From: an uncultured Gammaproteobacteria bacterium
Lineage (GTDB): Bacteria > Patescibacteriota > Microgenomatia > Levybacterales > UBA12049
Direction: 5' to 3'
DNA: 64,000 nt
Assembly: GCA_964474445.1 (NCBI GenBank)
Contig: CAYYSJ010000004.1
Span: 64,185 to 128,184, forward strand
Positions 9,135 through 19,167 of this stretch are shown here, piece after piece (position 1 is the stretch's first letter; every line of letters starts with the position of its first letter). Under the pieces are notes generated by a model, which saw nothing but the letters and a program-made list of their open reading frames with translations, searched no databases and was not told the DNA's origin. A program made the translations under genes and the position numbers.

Positions 9135-11141
9135 ATGGTAGAAAAACAAGAACAAAAAGTTCAAGGAGATCCATCTGCAGAACGGATTGGTAAACATCCA
9201 TATTCTGTGGCAACAGCGCGTGTGATAGCTGAAATACCTCATACAGAAATAGGAAAACCAAAAGGAGAGATTACAAATCTAGAGCAACACAAGCAAAGAC
9301 TCCATATCATTGAGGCACACGAGTTAAAACATGATCATATTATTGAGGTTTCAACACAAGAGAGATTGGGAGACCCTCATGCGGTCATTACTATTTATGA
9401 TAATGAAGGAGCAGTTTCAAAAGCACTCAAAATTGAAGAGGCAAACCAAAAATGGAGAGCATCTGTTGTAGATTGGTTAGAAAAAGTATCACAAATTCCT
9501 GGAAATAGTATTGCCACTACTGTCAAGGATGTCTATGGCCTAGATGTAAGCAATCGTGAAAGTGCAGACAAAACGCTTGAACAGGTGCGTCACGCTGCTT
9601 TTGATAGACCTGGTTTGCCTGCGGGTGAGCTTAATGTGGAGAAAATTGTGATGCATTTTACTCATACACATAATGAAAAAGGAGAAGAGGAAGGAATACA
9701 AAAGGAAAATGTGGTAGCAGAAGAGTTAACAGCACTAGAACCTTTCCTCTATATTTTTGGTGGGGAGAAAACAGTTGCTCGTCTTAAACATGCTATTTTA
9801 GCAACTTCAGCACTCCTGAATGCTCCTGTCGGATCATCAGAACGCGAAGAATTGGCAACACAAGTTGCTGACCTTTTGGACCAAGATATAGAGCCTGAAA
9901 ATGCAAAGCATTTTGCTCCTTTTGCTTCCTCCGACCCTATCACTCTTGCTGTTCCTATACAAAACGGTGGTCTAACTCCACCAGCAGCTGAGGGTCCAAT
10001 AGATCCAGAAACTGTTGAAAGGGAGGAAGAAGAGCAAGGAAAGGCAGGAGATGGAGAGTTTACAGGCGGACTCAGAGAAAGACGTGGTGTGGAAGCAGTA
10101 ATTGTTGCAGGAGGGGCTAGTGAAGAAGGTGGAAAACCTGTAAAAGGAGAAGAGGGAGCACCAGAGACACAAGAAGATAAGAGAAGATCAGATCAGGTAA
10201 GAAAAGAGGGTTTGCTTGACGCAATGCTTGCAAAAGATCAAGCCCTTTTAGATGCTGTTGAATGGTATAAGCGCGCTGCAAAAGAAACTCCACTGGGTGA
10301 AATTACCGATGGACCACTAACAGGAGAAGGAGCTTGGAAAGATTTAATTTCTGTAGAAAGAGTCCCTGATAATGCTGAGATTACTATTATTGGTGATCCT
10401 AAACAAGGCGATGGGTTTCAAGTGGTAACGTATCATAAAAATGCAGATGCGATAAAGACTCCTCGTAATATGATTGTCTTTAAGACTGAAGGAGGGCAAG
10501 AAGTGAAGGTAAATGTACAACCTGATAAGATTGAAGGAAGACACTTTACGGTTGAAGGAAAGTATATCCGTATGGGAAACGTGAAGTGGAATCAACCATT
10601 ACTTCGAGAATTTTCTATTCCTCTTGAGCTTCCAGGTGGAACGACAGAACAGGTGAGTGGATGGGTTGGTGTTATCATTCGACCTGATGGACGAGTCTTA
10701 ACTTTGCTCAAGAATGGTGCTGCAGCAGAATTTACAACAGTCCGGCTTGCGCAAATGTCAGCCACAAATTATAAAGATCTAACAGCAGCTGCAACGCTTA
10801 GAGCAGAAGCCTCAGGAAATGCTGATAAGGAAAAAGCATATGCTAAGGTTTTCAGTCAGGAACTTCTTTCAATCTTAAGCAAAATTTATGGTAATCCTGA
10901 AAAATTTGAGGAGGCATTGAATAAAGGTGAAGTGCCATGGGGAGATTTATCTCCTGCGAATGAAGATAGAATTGTTGCAACAAATAAATACTTTGTCCTT
11001 CATGTACCTAATGAGTTAGCAGATCAACTTGTTGAAAACGATCAAAAACGTTGGTCTACGATGAAAGAATTGCAAGCATTTGGAGCAGCAGGCGTATTAA
11101 ATGCACTTGGTTCAGCATCATTATTCCCTTTGATTGCTTAA
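9135..11141 (+). CDS. large acidic hypothetical protein (668 aa); no TM, no signal peptide, central E/G-rich linker
   Basis: Long uninterrupted ORF with plausible codon usage. No recognisable catalytic motif. Confidence 0.7.
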   Translation: MVEKQEQKVQGDPSAERIGKHPYSVATARVIAEIPHTEIGKPKGEITNLEQHKQRLHIIEAHELKHDHIIEVSTQERLGDPHAVITIYDNEGAVSKALKIEEANQKWRASVVDWLEKVSQIPGNSIATTVKDVYGLDVSNRESADKTLEQVRHAAFDRPGLPAGELNVEKIVMHFTHTHNEKGEEEGIQKENVVAEELTALEPFLYIFGGEKTVARLKHAILATSALLNAPVGSSEREELATQVADLLDQDIEPENAKHFAPFASSDPITLAVPIQNGGLTPPAAEGPIDPETVEREEEEQGKAGDGEFTGGLRERRGVEAVIVAGGASEEGGKPVKGEEGAPETQEDKRRSDQVRKEGLLDAMLAKDQALLDAVEWYKRAAKETPLGEITDGPLTGEGAWKDLISVERVPDNAEITIIGDPKQGDGFQVVTYHKNADAIKTPRNMIVFKTEGGQEVKVNVQPDKIEGRHFTVEGKYIRMGNVKWNQPLLREFSIPLELPGGTTEQVSGWVGVIIRPDGRVLTLLKNGAAAEFTTVRLAQMSATNYKDLTAAATLRAEASGNADKEKAYAKVFSQELLSILSKIYGNPEKFEEALNKGEVPWGDLSPANEDRIVATNKYFVLHVPNELADQLVENDQKRWSTMKELQAFGAAGVLNALGSASLFPLIA

Positions 11142-11163
11142 CCAATTCTTCAAAGTTCTTAAG

Positions 11164-11235
11164 TCGGGGTGGAGAGAATTGAACTCTCTACATCTCGGTC
11201 CCGAACCGAGCATTCTGCCGATGAACTACACCCCG
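11164..11235 (-). tRNA. tRNA-Pro (anticodon CGG)
   Basis: Manual fold: acceptor CGGGGTG/CACCCCG, D-arm GTTC-ATCGGCA-GAAT, anticodon stem CTCGG/CCGAG with loop TTCGGGA, T-arm GAGAG-TTCAATT-CTCTC, discriminator A, CCA not encoded. 72 nt. Confidence 0.85.
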
Positions 11236-11260
11236 TAGAGTTCAATTTTCTTTTTATCTG

Positions 11261-11334
11261 CGTCCTCGAGAGGAGTCGAACCTCCGATCTTGCCCTTAGG
11301 ACGGGCCTGCTCTATCCAACTGAGCTACGAGGAC
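11261..11334 (-). tRNA. tRNA-Arg (anticodon CCT)
   Basis: Manual fold: acceptor GTCCTCG/CGAGGAC, D-arm GCTC-AGTTGGATA-GAGC, anticodon loop GTCCTAA (one stem mismatch), T-arm GGAGG-TTCGACT-CCTCT, discriminator G. 74 nt. Confidence 0.8.
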
Positions 11335-11432
11335 TAGTACTGTGTATTTTAGCATAAAATATCTTCTCTACTTCATTTTTTTTCTCTTACCTTTTTCTTA
11401 TCTTCCGAAGTTAAAATAGCATTTACTTTATC

Positions 11433-12107
11433 ATGAGAAAAAATTTGCTTATCAACTTACTATCAGTTGGAGGCATTGGACTTATTCTTTTTTCCCTTCT
11501 AGGGGTTATCCTGACCTTTGGGCCTGCAGCGTATTTTGAAGTGCAGTATAGACTTTGGAAACTCTCTGGCATTGGACACTATATTGTTGACCCAATAAAT
11601 CATATGAGACAAGGGAAATTTTTATCATCGAACTTTATTGGTACTCATTCTAATAGTATTAGTATGAATCCTATTGATACATTATTTAGTATTTTGATAC
11701 CTAAGATTGGAGCTAATGCTCGGATTACTGCAAACGTTGACGCCATTGATAAAAATGTCTATGTACCTATCCTTCGGCAATCTGTTGCTCATGCAAAAGG
11801 AAGTGCATTACCAGACGAAAAAGGGAGTGTATACCTTTTTGCCCATTCTACTGATAACTTCTGGAATGTTGGATTATATAACGCAGTCTTTTACTTGCTG
11901 AAAGAACTCGAAAAAGGGGATAGTATTGTTGTTTACTACAAAAATGAGCGTTACGACTATACAGTTATGGACAAAAAGATTGTGGAGCCATCCAGTGTTG
12001 GATACCTGTTCGATGCTCGAAAATCAGAAAAACAGCTTATTCTTCAGACCTGTTGGCCTCCTGGTACAACGTGGAAGAGATTGTTAGTTATAGCCAAACC
12101 GAGTTGA
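11433..12107 (+). CDS. sortase (class A/E-like transpeptidase)
   Basis: N-terminal TM. Catalytic His (LFAHST), the TLxTC motif (LILQTCWPPG) and a downstream Arg. Confidence 0.85.
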   Translation: MRKNLLINLLSVGGIGLILFSLLGVILTFGPAAYFEVQYRLWKLSGIGHYIVDPINHMRQGKFLSSNFIGTHSNSISMNPIDTLFSILIPKIGANARITANVDAIDKNVYVPILRQSVAHAKGSALPDEKGSVYLFAHSTDNFWNVGLYNAVFYLLKELEKGDSIVVYYKNERYDYTVMDKKIVEPSSVGYLFDARKSEKQLILQTCWPPGTTWKRLLVIAKPS

Positions 12108-12129
12108 CTTTACTATAATCTAGGCTAAG

Positions 12130-12510
12130 ATGAAAAACGAAAAAATACGATTATTTGGTGGCGCTACACCAGTTGCTCAGCAACTTGCTAGTGAACACCC
12201 TCTGGTGGGATCACCACCAACGTGTCCAATAACAGGGGAAGTATGCCCGACTAATTGTCCAAATTTTGCAAGGCTGGTAGTGTCTAGGACTCTAGTACCT
12301 GATGCATATGCTGTTATTAAAGAATCAGCCATCAGTACACGACGTCTCCTCACTATGTCTGATGAGCCTGATGGGTTGCTACCCTCGTCGCAAGGGCCCT
12401 TAGGAGACATGGCAGATACAATGAGTGGTTTAGTAGTTGGTCTCAATAATACACTAGCGGAAAGTGCAGGCATATCACCTAAATCCTGTCCCAAAAACCA
12501 ACGCGACTAA
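12130..12510 (+). CDS. hypothetical Cys-containing small protein (126 aa)
   Basis: ORF 22 nt downstream of the sortase. An antisense ORF of similar length exists (12177..12494), so the coding strand is uncertain. Confidence 0.3.
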   Translation: MKNEKIRLFGGATPVAQQLASEHPLVGSPPTCPITGEVCPTNCPNFARLVVSRTLVPDAYAVIKESAISTRRLLTMSDEPDGLLPSSQGPLGDMADTMSGLVVGLNNTLAESAGISPKSCPKNQRD

Positions 12511-12522
12511 TAATCTCTCTTG

Positions 12523-13821
12523 TTACTTGAGCCCAATAGAGTAGAGGTTGGGAAGTGTATCTGAATTCCCTAGGTTGGTTAACATCACAATTTGTGTGGC
12601 TGTTGGCCATGGGAAAACATAATTATCTGCAAATGGTCCGGCATAGATAATTGTATTATTTTGCCCGTCGTATTCTCTAATATTGACCTTTTTATCAACA
12701 ACAACAATCAAATGTTTTGAATCAGGAAACCACATGATAGGAAGTGTTTTTGTGTCTGAAGTGATAGTGAGGCTATCTAAAATCCTAAAATTCTTATCTT
12801 CTTTGGTATCATAGACATAGACGCTTCCTTTTTGTAAAGTTCGTTCCTCAGGGGTGGGATTTGCACCGATGAGTACTGGTTTAATAATTTGTTGGAGGGT
12901 TGCTGCATTTGATGCGGTGTACAAGATTTTTGTTTCATCAGGCGACCAGGCGATGATGGAGGTATTATCTGTTATAAATTTCTTCAAATCTGGCTTAAGT
13001 GTATTTAAACGTGACGTTGCTTTATCGTCAGTGAGCTTTTGCCAGGAATCAGTAACAGTTGAGAGAGTCTCTGTTACGTCTTTTGGTGTTTGGTTAAATG
13101 TTGTTGCATCCAGCAGATACATTGTTGGTTTAGCTCCACTTAGGTTAGGAATAGTAGCAAGTATCTGTTGTCCATCAGGTGACCATGAAAGAGTTGCATT
13201 ATCAAACGTCACAACTGTCCCATCAGCCACTTGCGTTGAAGCAGATTGAAGGGTAATAAGTGACCTATTTGCCATGTCCAGAACATACACACCATTTTTT
13301 CGTGCTGATTGGGAAGCAACAACATAAGCAATCTTGGTCATAGTTGGATCGATTGCTGGACTCAGTATTCCAGTAGAGGTTATACCTTCAAGTTTGGGTG
13401 TTGTAGGAAAAAGAAATGCTTCTGCTTTGCTAACAACTTCCTTTTCAATTTTTATTTTTTTCTCCCAAGGGAAATAACCATCTTTAAAAATTTTAATTCT
13501 GTACTCTCCAGGTGCTAAGTTGATCGTATTATTTGTTGCTGTTGTTAAGTGGTCGTTAACAAAAACCTGTGCACCATCAGGCGTGCTGGTTGCTACTAAC
13601 AGCCCTGTCCCGTGAATAATAGAGCGAGTGTTACTGAAATCGAGTCTATACCCACTCCCATACATCACTGCGATGGTAGTTCCTACGACCAGAAAGATAA
13701 TAACAGCAATTGATATAAATAATTGTTTTTTCATTGACGATTTTTTTGTCTGTGTCACCTCTGATGAAACTGGTTGTTCTTTGTCAGAGTTCAGATTTGG
13801 TTGGGCAGTTGATTGTTCCAT
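12523..13821 (-). CDS. membrane-anchored PEGA-domain protein with TolB/WD40-like beta-propeller
   Basis: N-terminal TM. PEGA-like segment (GTGLLVATSTPDGAQVFVNDHL...PGEYRIKIFKDGYFPWEKKIKI). Repeated WSPDG/WSPDE propeller blades. Confidence 0.75.
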   Translation of the reverse strand: MEQSTAQPNLNSDKEQPVSSEVTQTKKSSMKKQLFISIAVIIFLVVGTTIAVMYGSGYRLDFSNTRSIIHGTGLLVATSTPDGAQVFVNDHLTTATNNTINLAPGEYRIKIFKDGYFPWEKKIKIEKEVVSKAEAFLFPTTPKLEGITSTGILSPAIDPTMTKIAYVVASQSARKNGVYVLDMANRSLITLQSASTQVADGTVVTFDNATLSWSPDGQQILATIPNLSGAKPTMYLLDATTFNQTPKDVTETLSTVTDSWQKLTDDKATSRLNTLKPDLKKFITDNTSIIAWSPDETKILYTASNAATLQQIIKPVLIGANPTPEERTLQKGSVYVYDTKEDKNFRILDSLTITSDTKTLPIMWFPDSKHLIVVVDKKVNIREYDGQNNTIIYAGPFADNYVFPWPTATQIVMLTNLGNSDTLPNLYSIGLK

Positions 13822-14049
13822 TGTATTATTCTCTCATGGTCTTTTAACGATGGAGCAATGAAACCATGGAGCAATGCTCTTACTATTATACTGCAAGTAA
13901 AATAGGCCTTGCAAGACAAAGAGGGCCTCACTATAATCAATTTTATCATGGCTACTTCTTAAAAAGGTATAGATAGTAAGTAGTTTGATATAGTTAAGGG
14001 GAAAGAAGAAAGTATTAAGCATTCACATTTACCTTAACCCATTTTCATT

Positions 14050-15066
14050 ATGTTTTCTAAACGTGTTGGAATCGATCTTGGTACTGCAAATACGCTTGTC
14101 TATTTGGCAGGAGAAGGAATTGTTCTCAATGAGCCAACTGTCGTAGCAGTTACTGCAGAGGAAAATCGAGTTGTTGCAGTTGGCAAAGAAGCGAAAGAGA
14201 TGTTAGGTCGTACCCCAGGTAATATTGTTGCCCAGCGTCCAATGCGGGATGGTGTTATTGCTGACTATACTATTACTGAAGCAATGCTCTCCTACTTTAT
14301 TGATAAAGCTTGTGGGAAATCTCGTTTTTTCAAACCTGAAGTTATGATTTGTATCCCAAGCGGTGTGACCCAGGTTGAAAGGCGAGCGGTTCTTGATGCA
14401 ACAATGGCTGCTGGAGCACGGGCAGCCTATCTTATTGAAGAGCCTTTAGCTGCAGCGATTGGTGCAAAAATTCCTATTGCTCAGGCTGCGGGGCATATGG
14501 TTGTCGATATTGGAGGAGGCTCAACAGAAGCGGCTGTTATCTCTCTCGGAGGCGTGGTCGTGCATAACTCAGTGCGAGTTGGAGGAAACAAGATTGATGA
14601 GGCCATTGCCAACTATATTAAGCATAAATTTAATTTGCTCGTCGGTGAACGAACATCAGAGGAAATAAAAATTACTATTGGAAATGCTTTCGTGACAGAT
14701 CATGATAAGAAAGATCCAAAGAAAATGGAAATACGGGGTCGAGATAGTATTACTGGGCTTCCTCGAACTGTTGAGATAAGTGAAATTCAAATTAACGAGG
14801 CAATTCAGAATCCTCTACTTGATATTATTGGTGGAGTGAAAAAAGTATTGGAAGATACTCCTCCAGAATTGGCAAGCGATATTATTGATAAAGGCATTGT
14901 CATGTCAGGAGGGACATCTCTTCTTCATAATCTTGATAAACTCATGACCGATATGACAGGAGTCCCATGTCATGTGGCAGAAGACTCTCTTCTGTGTGTT
15001 GTACGGGGAACTGGAGTTGCACTGGAAAATATAGAGTTGTACAAAAGAAGCATTTCACGAAAGTGA
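14050..15066 (+). CDS. mreB: rod shape-determining protein MreB
   Basis: GIDLGTANTLVY phosphate-1 motif, actin-like ATPase length, DIGGGSTE phosphate-2. Confidence 0.95.
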   Translation: MFSKRVGIDLGTANTLVYLAGEGIVLNEPTVVAVTAEENRVVAVGKEAKEMLGRTPGNIVAQRPMRDGVIADYTITEAMLSYFIDKACGKSRFFKPEVMICIPSGVTQVERRAVLDATMAAGARAAYLIEEPLAAAIGAKIPIAQAAGHMVVDIGGGSTEAAVISLGGVVVHNSVRVGGNKIDEAIANYIKHKFNLLVGERTSEEIKITIGNAFVTDHDKKDPKKMEIRGRDSITGLPRTVEISEIQINEAIQNPLLDIIGGVKKVLEDTPPELASDIIDKGIVMSGGTSLLHNLDKLMTDMTGVPCHVAEDSLLCVVRGTGVALENIELYKRSISRK

Positions 15067-15243
15067 AATGCTTGAGCATTGCTTAAATAGCTTATATTAA
15101 GCTGAGAAATAACGTTAGCGTGTGGATGAAGGATAATTTTCACAAAATTTACTAGAGTGTATTATATCACTATAACTAAAATATCTGAAAGCAAAAATCA
15201 CATACACTATTTAGCTTCAATGATAAAAAATCAATCTTAAGTA

Positions 15244-16137
15244 ATGAAAATAAAAAATACTCAAAATTTGCAGAATAATCAAAAAGAGAATCAGCTAATT
15301 AAGGTTTATAGTAAAAAATCTTTTCTTGTGAAAAAGAAAATATTGTCAATAGATGTCACAAGCACTAGAAAAGAAGAAATCTTAGAGTATATTATCAGTT
15401 CGATTAAAAATTCCTCTGAAAATTACTACATTACTACTCCAAATCCCGAAATGGTAGTGTATGCATCACATCATCCCGAAGTTCAATCTATCTTAAACGG
15501 TTCTAGAATAGCCTTATGTGATGGTATAGGTCTTTACTTGGGAGCTCAAATACTTGGAAAACCGCTTAATGAACGCTTTACAGGGGTAGAAATGGTTGAA
15601 AGGCTCTGTGAAAAAGCAAACGAACAGCTTGTCACAATAGGATTTTTTGGCGGAAGGCCAGGGGTAGCAGAAAAGACATCTGAGTGCTTACGAAAAAGGT
15701 ACCCAAACCTCAAAGTTGTCTTTGCTAGTGATACATGGAATGACACCATATCTAGTCATAAAGCAGATGTCAGTAAAGAGTCTCACGAAGACAGGAAGAT
15801 AGAGAAGGGGAAAATGTCACCTACTCAAAACAAGCTATATACCCCGGTTATAGACATCCTTTTTGTAGCACTTGGTTTCCCCAAACAGGAAGAGTGGATG
15901 GCATCTCATGTACACAACATACCGGTTCGAGTAACGGTTGGGGTAGGGGGAGCATTTGACTATCTATCGGGACGAGTACCAAGAGCGCCAAAATGGATAC
16001 AAAATATTGGGTTTGAATGGCTATTTCGATTGATGGTACAGCCGTGGCGATTGAAGCGTCAACTTGCGTTGCCAGAGTTTGCTTGGATGGTCGCAAAAGA
16101 AAAGTTTTCATTCTCAAAAGATCGCAAATTCCTTTAA
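15244..16137 (+). CDS. WecB/TagA/CpsF family glycosyltransferase (GT26)
   Basis: ILSIDV...TPNPEMVV...QEEWMA...EWLFRLMVQPWRLKRQ signature of UDP-ManNAc(A) transferases. Confidence 0.85.
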   Translation: MKIKNTQNLQNNQKENQLIKVYSKKSFLVKKKILSIDVTSTRKEEILEYIISSIKNSSENYYITTPNPEMVVYASHHPEVQSILNGSRIALCDGIGLYLGAQILGKPLNERFTGVEMVERLCEKANEQLVTIGFFGGRPGVAEKTSECLRKRYPNLKVVFASDTWNDTISSHKADVSKESHEDRKIEKGKMSPTQNKLYTPVIDILFVALGFPKQEEWMASHVHNIPVRVTVGVGGAFDYLSGRVPRAPKWIQNIGFEWLFRLMVQPWRLKRQLALPEFAWMVAKEKFSFSKDRKFL

Positions 16138-16182
16138 GAAGCCTTCTGTTATTGAGCGATATGTTTATTTGATTGAACGTTT

Positions 16183-17721
16183 TTATCTTCTTGTGTGAGT
16201 TGTTGCTCCTATAGCATCTCTTACAAACTTCATTGCCCAGCCATAGACATTTCTTTCTTCAAGAGTTTGAACCATTTGCTTTGTAATCTTTATCCGAGTC
16301 TCTTTTGGCATCGTCAGTGCCTTATGGATAGCCTCTGCCACTTCTTCTACATTATATGGATTCACAATGAGACTTGCGGTCAAATCGATAGCAGAGCCTG
16401 CAAATTGAGACAAAACAAGCACACCAGGGTTATCAGACAAAGATGCTGCAACAATAAATTCTTTGGAAACTAAATTCATTCCATCATCAAGAGGTGTTAC
16501 CAACCCAACCTGTGCTTTTCTATAAAGATTAAGAATTTCAGGGCGTGTATAAGTACCTGATACCAGATGAATAGGTCTCCAGCCGTCTTTTTCGTATTTC
16601 TCATTAATTTCTTTTGTAAGAGAATAGACATTTTTTTTCAGTTCTTTGTACGCAGGAATTTGTTCCCTTGATGGAGAAAGTACGCCAAGGTAGGAAACAT
16701 TCCCAATATACTCTGGGTGCTCCTGAAAGAACCGATCTAAGGCAAGAAGTCTTAAGCGCAACCCTTTTGTATAGTCAAGCCTATCTACTCCAAGGATGAC
16801 ACGATTCTGTTTAAAGAAGAGGTCAATATCAGATTGTCCAGAAGAGTTATCTTCCTTAGATTTTTCTTGAAGTCCTAGAAGACCCCGGACAATTGTTGTA
16901 AGGATAGTATCCGATTGTTGTGGTTGGAGAGTTGTCATAATGACGTCAGTATCAATACCCATAGGAAGACTTTTAACAGTTGTGACATGATTTTTGTAGT
17001 GGATACTTCTTGTTTCCAAGTCAACCCGTGCTTCAAATTCTCTTACAACCGTATTAATGAAATTTTGTGCTTGGTATCCTCTATGAAATGCAATGTAGTC
17101 ACACATAAGCATACTTTCAAGAAGTTCTTTTTTCTGAGGTAATATACGAAAGATTTCCCACGTTGGCCATGGTATATGCCAAAACATCCCAACAACTGCA
17201 CCTTTTGGTTTATTAAGGAATGCGGGAACAAGTGCTAGTTGGTAATCATTAATCCATACGACATCATTGCCGTGGAGGTAAGACTTAATAGACTCAGCAT
17301 ACGTTTTATTGACTCTTTTATATCCTTCATACCATGCAGAGTTAAACTCGGGCCGTTGAAATGCAATATGACAGAGGGGCCAGAGTGTTTGGTTGGAAAA
17401 TCCATAATAATAGTCAGAGAGATCTTCTTCAGAGAAAAAAAGACGTTTTAGAAGGTATTCATCAGGAGTTCCTGCATTAACAGCAATTTCATTACGGTTA
17501 TTTAGGACTTCTTTATCTGTTGCTGATTTTCCTCTTGCAATATAGATTGCATGAGATGCTCTGGCAATTGGTTCAAGGGCGACTCCAACCCCACCTGCGG
17601 GAATAGAGTAGGTAATTTCTCCTTTTGCTTTTTCATGAGCAATAGGTTCTGCATCAGCTGCAATAATAAGCTTTCGATCCAATTTAGAAAAAAAATCCTG
17701 CACGTCAAAAAAATTTGGCAT
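16183..17721 (-). CDS. otsA: alpha,alpha-trehalose-phosphate synthase-like GT20 glycosyltransferase
   Basis: LWPLCHIAF, GMFWHIPWP and GVDRLDYTKG motifs, length 512 aa. Confidence 0.9.
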   Translation of the reverse strand: MPNFFDVQDFFSKLDRKLIIAADAEPIAHEKAKGEITYSIPAGGVGVALEPIARASHAIYIARGKSATDKEVLNNRNEIAVNAGTPDEYLLKRLFFSEEDLSDYYYGFSNQTLWPLCHIAFQRPEFNSAWYEGYKRVNKTYAESIKSYLHGNDVVWINDYQLALVPAFLNKPKGAVVGMFWHIPWPTWEIFRILPQKKELLESMLMCDYIAFHRGYQAQNFINTVVREFEARVDLETRSIHYKNHVTTVKSLPMGIDTDVIMTTLQPQQSDTILTTIVRGLLGLQEKSKEDNSSGQSDIDLFFKQNRVILGVDRLDYTKGLRLRLLALDRFFQEHPEYIGNVSYLGVLSPSREQIPAYKELKKNVYSLTKEINEKYEKDGWRPIHLVSGTYTRPEILNLYRKAQVGLVTPLDDGMNLVSKEFIVAASLSDNPGVLVLSQFAGSAIDLTASLIVNPYNVEEVAEAIHKALTMPKETRIKITKQMVQTLEERNVYGWAMKFVRDAIGATTHTRR

Positions 17722-17832
17722 AAAAAATGATAACTTATGAAAAGTTTTTACCTATTACGATACATTTTATTATAGTCATATTTTAATGATTTATGTATAC
17801 ATCGTCTCATTATCCATTCGTTCATAACATAT

Positions 17833-18954
17833 TTATATCTCTGCTGGATTGTCTTTATATGTTGCAAGTGTTTCTCTTACTTTCCCCATATATGTTTGCC
17901 AATGCTCAAGTGTTGTTCTATATGCCATTTCATATCCTTCAACCATTGTATCAACAGAAAACTTTTTTTGTATAAAAGATCGGCAATCTTCCCTTTTTAT
18001 GCCATCAATAACATGTATCTTTTCTGCCATTTCGTCAACAGAATCCACAAGAAAGCCTGTTTGAGTATTATTGATAACTTCACTAGCTGCTCCCCGATTA
18101 AAAGCAATAACAGGTGTTCCTACAGCTTGTGCTTCAGCCATGACGAGGCCAAAAGGTTCTTCCCATTGAATGGGATTAAGAAGAACCTTTGCTCCTTGAA
18201 GAAGTTGGGCCTTATATGGCATACCAATTTCTCCTACAAATTCTACTCCTTTTCCATCAATAAGAGGTTTAACCTCTTTCTCAAAGTATTCTAGGGACTC
18301 TGTAATACCTGGGTCAACAACACCTGCAACTTTTATCATAACGCCTGCTTTTTTTGCTGCCAGAATTGCTTCTTTTGTTCCTTTGTGAGGCACAATTTTC
18401 CCGAGCCACATGACATAGTTTTTTGGAGTGAGGGAGAAAGGGAATTGCTGAGTATCAAGTGCGTTATAGACAGTAGAGATAAAATTGAGTGGCATGCCTT
18501 GCTGTTGAGCTTTTGAAATGGAGGTAAAAGGTAAGTCTTTATATTTTAAAAGAACAGTATATCGTTCTGGTCGCCATACTTTACTAGGAAGTGCAAAATG
18601 GAGTGTTGTTAAAACAGGAGTTTTGGAAAAGGAAGCTAGCGGAAGTGCCATATAATCCTGGTTTTTATTTAAATGCACATGGAGAATATCAAATTCTTCT
18701 ATGCGATCAAATGCTTGGGAAATGTGATAGAGGTGATAGGAAATATCAGTCCAAGGGATATTTTTATCCCGCAAGGGGAGAGTGACAGTTGGGGAAAGAC
18801 GGGCTTTCGTTTTGGAAGTTGCCGGTGCAAAAAGTGTAACATCGTGTCCTTTTTCTACCAAACCATCTGCAAGATGATAGACAACATCTTCTGTCCCTCC
18901 ATACTTTGGTGGGGGGGTATTAATCCAGATAGTATCCAGAATGCCAATTTTCAT
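17833..18954 (-). CDS. GT4 family glycosyltransferase
   Basis: N-terminal KYGGTEDVV...GHDVTLF and C-terminal EPFGLVMAEAQAVGTPVIA motifs. Paralog of 61915..63027. Confidence 0.85.
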   Translation of the reverse strand: MKIGILDTIWINTPPPKYGGTEDVVYHLADGLVEKGHDVTLFAPATSKTKARLSPTVTLPLRDKNIPWTDISYHLYHISQAFDRIEEFDILHVHLNKNQDYMALPLASFSKTPVLTTLHFALPSKVWRPERYTVLLKYKDLPFTSISKAQQQGMPLNFISTVYNALDTQQFPFSLTPKNYVMWLGKIVPHKGTKEAILAAKKAGVMIKVAGVVDPGITESLEYFEKEVKPLIDGKGVEFVGEIGMPYKAQLLQGAKVLLNPIQWEEPFGLVMAEAQAVGTPVIAFNRGAASEVINNTQTGFLVDSVDEMAEKIHVIDGIKREDCRSFIQKKFSVDTMVEGYEMAYRTTLEHWQTYMGKVRETLATYKDNPAEI

Positions 18955-19167
18955 AGTTGTTCGTTCATGGTTGATAGAATGTATTCTATTGTTGTAAACA
19001 ATGAACTTTTACTCAATTGCCATTGTAAGTATTGTACATCGTTTCCTTCGTAATAGAAGTGTAGTAGTATTGTAATAAGGTAGTTGAAAATGGAAGTTAG
19101 GTAATTGATGATAGATGTTGCAGATGAGGAATAGTCCTCTATTTTCTATCTTTTTTTCTCTATCTTC

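Noticed and set aside
11169-11357. 62-aa plus-strand ORF
   Set aside because: It sits entirely within the two minus-strand tRNA genes (tRNA-Pro, tRNA-Arg). It is the tRNA sequence read as protein.
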